From Candidatus Latescibacterota bacterium (GTDB lineage: Bacteria; Latescibacterota; UBA2968; GCA-2709665): a DNA stretch of 64,000 nucleotides. Made by a program: the position numbers and the translations under genes. Positions 60,833 through 64,000 of the stretch are shown here, piece after piece (the stretch's first letter is position 1; each line of letters begins with the position of its first letter). The stretch spans positions 5,248,001-5,312,000 of the forward strand of contig OZ250150.1 in NCBI GenBank assembly GCA_965237675.1, read 5' to 3'. The notes under the pieces are model-generated. The model was not told where the DNA came from, did not search any database, and saw only the letters and a program-made list of their open reading frames with translations.

Positions 60833-62107
60833 ATGTCCGTTTTTGAGATAGACGATCTGGAACGCCGGCGAGGGCGTGCGACCCGCGCCCTTGGAGACGA
60901 CACGCCGATTGTGCTCTTCGGCGCGGGAACGCCCGTTCCCAAACCCGGCGGGCAGGACCAGACCTATCCGTTCATTCCCTATCCCGAATATTACTGGCTC
61001 ACCGGTTCGAGGCGATGGGGCGGCGTGCTTGCCTACGATCCCCGGGACGGCTGGAAACACTTCGTACGTCCGGTTTCACAAAGCGAACGCCTGTGGGAAG
61101 GTGGTGTCGAAGCGGTCGAAGGCGAGGACGTCGCGGAACTCCCCGGTTGGCTGGAAAAACGCACCGGCCGCCCCATTGCGGTCATTGGCGCGCCGGTGGA
61201 AAATGTCGACAACGATCCTCAACTGGCGACGACGCTGCAGACATCCATGGACGAAATCCGCCGCCACAAGGACCACGCCGAAATCGAACTGATCGAACGC
61301 GCGGCCGCAGCAACCGCGGCCGGCCATGCGAGAGCCCGCGAAGCCATCCGTCCCGGCATCTGCGAACGCCGCATCCGCGTTGAACTCGAAGCCGAAATGT
61401 ACCGGCACGGCGCCGACGACGTCGCCTTCGACACCATCGTCGCCGCGGGAACTCACGCGGCCGTGCTCCACTTCGAACCCGGCGCCCGGATTGTGGAACC
61501 GGACGACCTCGTACTCATCGACGCCGGCGCGGCCATCTCAGGCTATGCGGCCGACGTCACCCGCACCTATCCCGCCGGAGACCGTTTCACGCCCAGACAG
61601 CAGGCCATCTACGAACTTGTCCTTGCCGCCCAGCGAGAGGCCATCTCGACGTGCCGGAAAGGCGTTGAATGGCACGAAGTACACCGCACCGCGGCCGGCG
61701 TCATCGCCCTCGGCCTGCGCGATCTGGGCATTCTCAGAGGAAACCGGGACGACCTCCTCGACTCCGGCGCCGTTGCGCTCTTCCTGCCCCATGGCATCGG
61801 CCACATGGTCGGCCTGGGCGTACGGGACGTGGGGGGCCGGGCAGAGGGCCGCGATGTCAGCGTCCATTGCGGCATCCGGATGCGTTTGGACTTGCCCCTG
61901 GAGGAGAACTTCATGATGACCGTCGAGCCCGGTATCTACTTCGTGGCTGCTCTGCTCGACGATCCCGCGCAACGCGATCGCTTTGCCGGCATGGTGGCCT
62001 GGGACGCGCTCGAATCCTGGCGGCCCGTCGGCGGCGTCCGCATCGAGGACAATGTTCTCGTGACCGCCGCGGGCCCCCGAATCATGACCGCCGACATCCC
62101 CAAGTGA
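60833..62107 (+). CDS. Xaa-Pro aminopeptidase (M24B)
   Basis: AVLH, LIDAG, YAADVTRT, HGIGHMVGL, TVEPGIYF, GGVRIEDN. Confidence 0.9.
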   Translation: MSVFEIDDLERRRGRATRALGDDTPIVLFGAGTPVPKPGGQDQTYPFIPYPEYYWLTGSRRWGGVLAYDPRDGWKHFVRPVSQSERLWEGGVEAVEGEDVAELPGWLEKRTGRPIAVIGAPVENVDNDPQLATTLQTSMDEIRRHKDHAEIELIERAAAATAAGHARAREAIRPGICERRIRVELEAEMYRHGADDVAFDTIVAAGTHAAVLHFEPGARIVEPDDLVLIDAGAAISGYAADVTRTYPAGDRFTPRQQAIYELVLAAQREAISTCRKGVEWHEVHRTAAGVIALGLRDLGILRGNRDDLLDSGAVALFLPHGIGHMVGLGVRDVGGRAEGRDVSVHCGIRMRLDLPLEENFMMTVEPGIYFVAALLDDPAQRDRFAGMVAWDALESWRPVGGVRIEDNVLVTAAGPRIMTADIPK

Positions 62108-62185
62108 TCCCTGAGGACGCGCCGGGAGGGGCGGACCGGAGACCGGCGTCCCACCAGAGCGACTCGCACAAAGGTCGAAAGGACC

Positions 62186-63550
62186 ATGGCTGATCCACCT
62201 CCTGCCGTCAGATCTTGCGCCCCCGGACCACGCGGCCTCCCGCTTCTGGGATGCGTCCTTCCGTTCCGGAAGGATCCGCTCGGATATCTCGTGGATGCCT
62301 GGACCCGGTACGGCGACGTGGTCCGGCTCAACCTCAGGGGAAAGACGGTGCACCTGGTCACCCGGCCGGAGCACGTCGAACACGTGCTCGTACACAGGAG
62401 GCGCACCTATTTCAAGGGCTACGGATACGACGATCAGAAGCTGCTGCTGGGCGAAGGTCTGATTACGAGCGAGGGAGAACTCTGGGAGCGCCAACACCGG
62501 ATCATGCAGCCTTTCTTCACGCCCAGGGGCACAACGCGATTCATCAATGCAATGGTGAACGCGATCCGCGACATGCTCGCGCGTTGGGAGCCTCTTGCGG
62601 ACAGTACGCGTGTAATTCAGGTTGACAAGGAGATGGCGCGCCTTACGGGGAACATCATCGTTCGTATCCTGTTCAGCCGGGATCTGAACGACGAGACATC
62701 GCGGATTGACGAGGCGTTCCAGTACTGCGTGGGGTTCATCGACCGGCGTTCCGCGGATCTGATCGCGTTGCCCATGTTCGTCCCCACGCCTGCCAATCGG
62801 CGGTTCAAACAATGCCTGAATGCCATCCACCGGTACATCGACGAGCGCATCGACGAGCGGCGCGGCCATCCGGCCGAGGATGATCTGCTTTCGGTTATGA
62901 TGACGGCCCGCGACGAGGCGACGGACGAGCGCATGGATCGGCGCCAACTGCGGGATGAATTGGTGACGCTTTTTGTCGCCGGATATCAGACGACGATGCA
63001 TGCCCTCACCTGGACTTGGTACCTGCTGGATCGACATCGGGATGTCGCCGGCAGGCTGTGGGAGGAGCAGCGTTCAGTACTGAAGGGTCGTCTGCCCACC
63101 ATCAGGACTGTCCACGACCTTCACTACGCCCGAATGGTGTTTCAGGAAGCGATGCGCCTTTACCCGCCGATCAAGGTGATCGTCCGTGAAACCGCGGCGG
63201 CCGACGAGATTGACGGGTACGATATACCCGCGGGGTCGCTCGTGCTCGTAAGTCCCTATATCACGCAACGCCACCCGGCGCTCTGGGAGCATCCGGAGAC
63301 GTTTGACCCCGAACGATTCACCCCGGAGCAGACCGAACAACGCTCCCGCTACGCATACCTGCCCTTCAGCGCCGGACCCCGGATCTGCCTCGGCGGCAAT
63401 TTTGCAATGCTGGAAGCCGCGCTGGTCCTGGCGATGGTGATCCGTCAATACAGGCTTCAGCTTGTTCCGGGACATCCGGTCGTACCGTCCATGGAGGTGA
63501 AGACCTGGCCGCTTTACGGGATGCCGATGACAGTACACAGGCGTAAGTAG
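62186..63550 (+). CDS. Cytochrome P450
   Basis: AGYQTT I-helix, EAMRLYPP (ExxR), FDPERF, PFSAGPRICLG heme motif. Confidence 0.95.
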   Translation: MADPPPAVRSCAPGPRGLPLLGCVLPFRKDPLGYLVDAWTRYGDVVRLNLRGKTVHLVTRPEHVEHVLVHRRRTYFKGYGYDDQKLLLGEGLITSEGELWERQHRIMQPFFTPRGTTRFINAMVNAIRDMLARWEPLADSTRVIQVDKEMARLTGNIIVRILFSRDLNDETSRIDEAFQYCVGFIDRRSADLIALPMFVPTPANRRFKQCLNAIHRYIDERIDERRGHPAEDDLLSVMMTARDEATDERMDRRQLRDELVTLFVAGYQTTMHALTWTWYLLDRHRDVAGRLWEEQRSVLKGRLPTIRTVHDLHYARMVFQEAMRLYPPIKVIVRETAAADEIDGYDIPAGSLVLVSPYITQRHPALWEHPETFDPERFTPEQTEQRSRYAYLPFSAGPRICLGGNFAMLEAALVLAMVIRQYRLQLVPGHPVVPSMEVKTWPLYGMPMTVHRRK

Positions 63551-63669
63551 ACATCAACCCTGGTTAAAACCCGCGACGCGCGCGCGCGCCTGGATCACCT
63601 TCCCCTGGCCGAAGGCGAGTGCATCTGTGTCGCCAGCGTGCCCCCCGCCGAAACGTACCCCTCCCGTTC

Positions 63670-63709
63670 TAGTGTTCTGACCCGGAAATAGATTGCCTGA
63701 ATTCGGCCG
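63670..63709. repeat. Truncated end of MITE family A
   Basis: tagtgttctgacccggaaatagattgcctgaattcggccg matches the revcomp of 1546-1585. Confidence 0.7.
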
Positions 63710-63726
63710 TCCAGAAGCAGCAAAAA

Positions 63727-63840
63727 CAGCTATCAGCTCTCAGCCGTCAGCTTGAATCAAAAACCCAATCAGTTGACGTCAGCGCCATGACCTCTCCCCC
63801 CGGCCCCCTCTCCTAAAGAAAAGGGGATAGGGTGTAGGTC
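63727..63840. repeat. 7-bp NNTCAGC tandem repeat plus a REP-like C/G-rich palindrome
   Basis: tatcagc-tctcagc-cgtcagc; cctctccccccggccccctctcc..aggggataggg. Confidence 0.4.
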
Positions 63841-64000
63841 TCGCCCTAACAAGCGCACGGTTACGGTGTGGGGGGTTTTTCCGCGCTATTCCGTTCAGTA
63901 CGGTTGCACGAAGCGTGCTTACGCGTACGCAGGGCAGATGTGTACGTAACCTCCACTGGAGTCATTCGCGGAAAAACCGGCCCCGCGCCGAGCGGCGCCC

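Noticed and set aside
61538-63037. 499-aa minus-strand ORF
   Set aside because: It overlaps the aminopeptidase and P450 genes in antisense and has no recognisable domain.
1-64000. CRISPR array, rRNA, tRNA, transposase or prophage genes
   Set aside because: No regularly spaced direct repeats or diagnostic motifs were seen by eye.

Overview
GC-rich bacterial chromosome segment with about 52 intact or near-intact CDS. I found no rRNA, tRNA or CRISPR array. The gene repertoire suggests, by inference only, a Latescibacterota/Poribacteria-like heterotroph, possibly a host-associated MAG: Gfo/Idh/MocA, PhyH dioxygenases, enolase-superfamily dehydratases, a heparinase II/III-like protein, and secreted proteins ending in a dockerin/EF-hand-like 'DFxGDGxVxFxDFLxFAxxFG' tag. 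Housekeeping and metabolic genes include dnaB (partial), kptA, a DacZ-like diadenylate cyclase, prs (frameshifted), truC, nagB, mqnB, mqnD, garR, kbl, modA and queF. The main unusual items are: (1) two tandem, same-frame queF genes separated by one TAG, where the upstream copy lacks the catalytic Cys/Asp, mirroring bimodular QueF; (2) a lower-GC operon of two 11-repeat beta-fibre-like dockerin-tagged proteins plus an S8 protease carrying cohesin-like and dockerin-like domains; (3) an atypical ACP (ESVQ motif) next to a Re-citrate-synthase-type DRE-TIM enzyme; (4) a long TrpD-like protein resembling an uncharacterised plant family; (5) two MITE families and several internally deleted pseudogenes. 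All family assignments come from motif recognition, not database searches.
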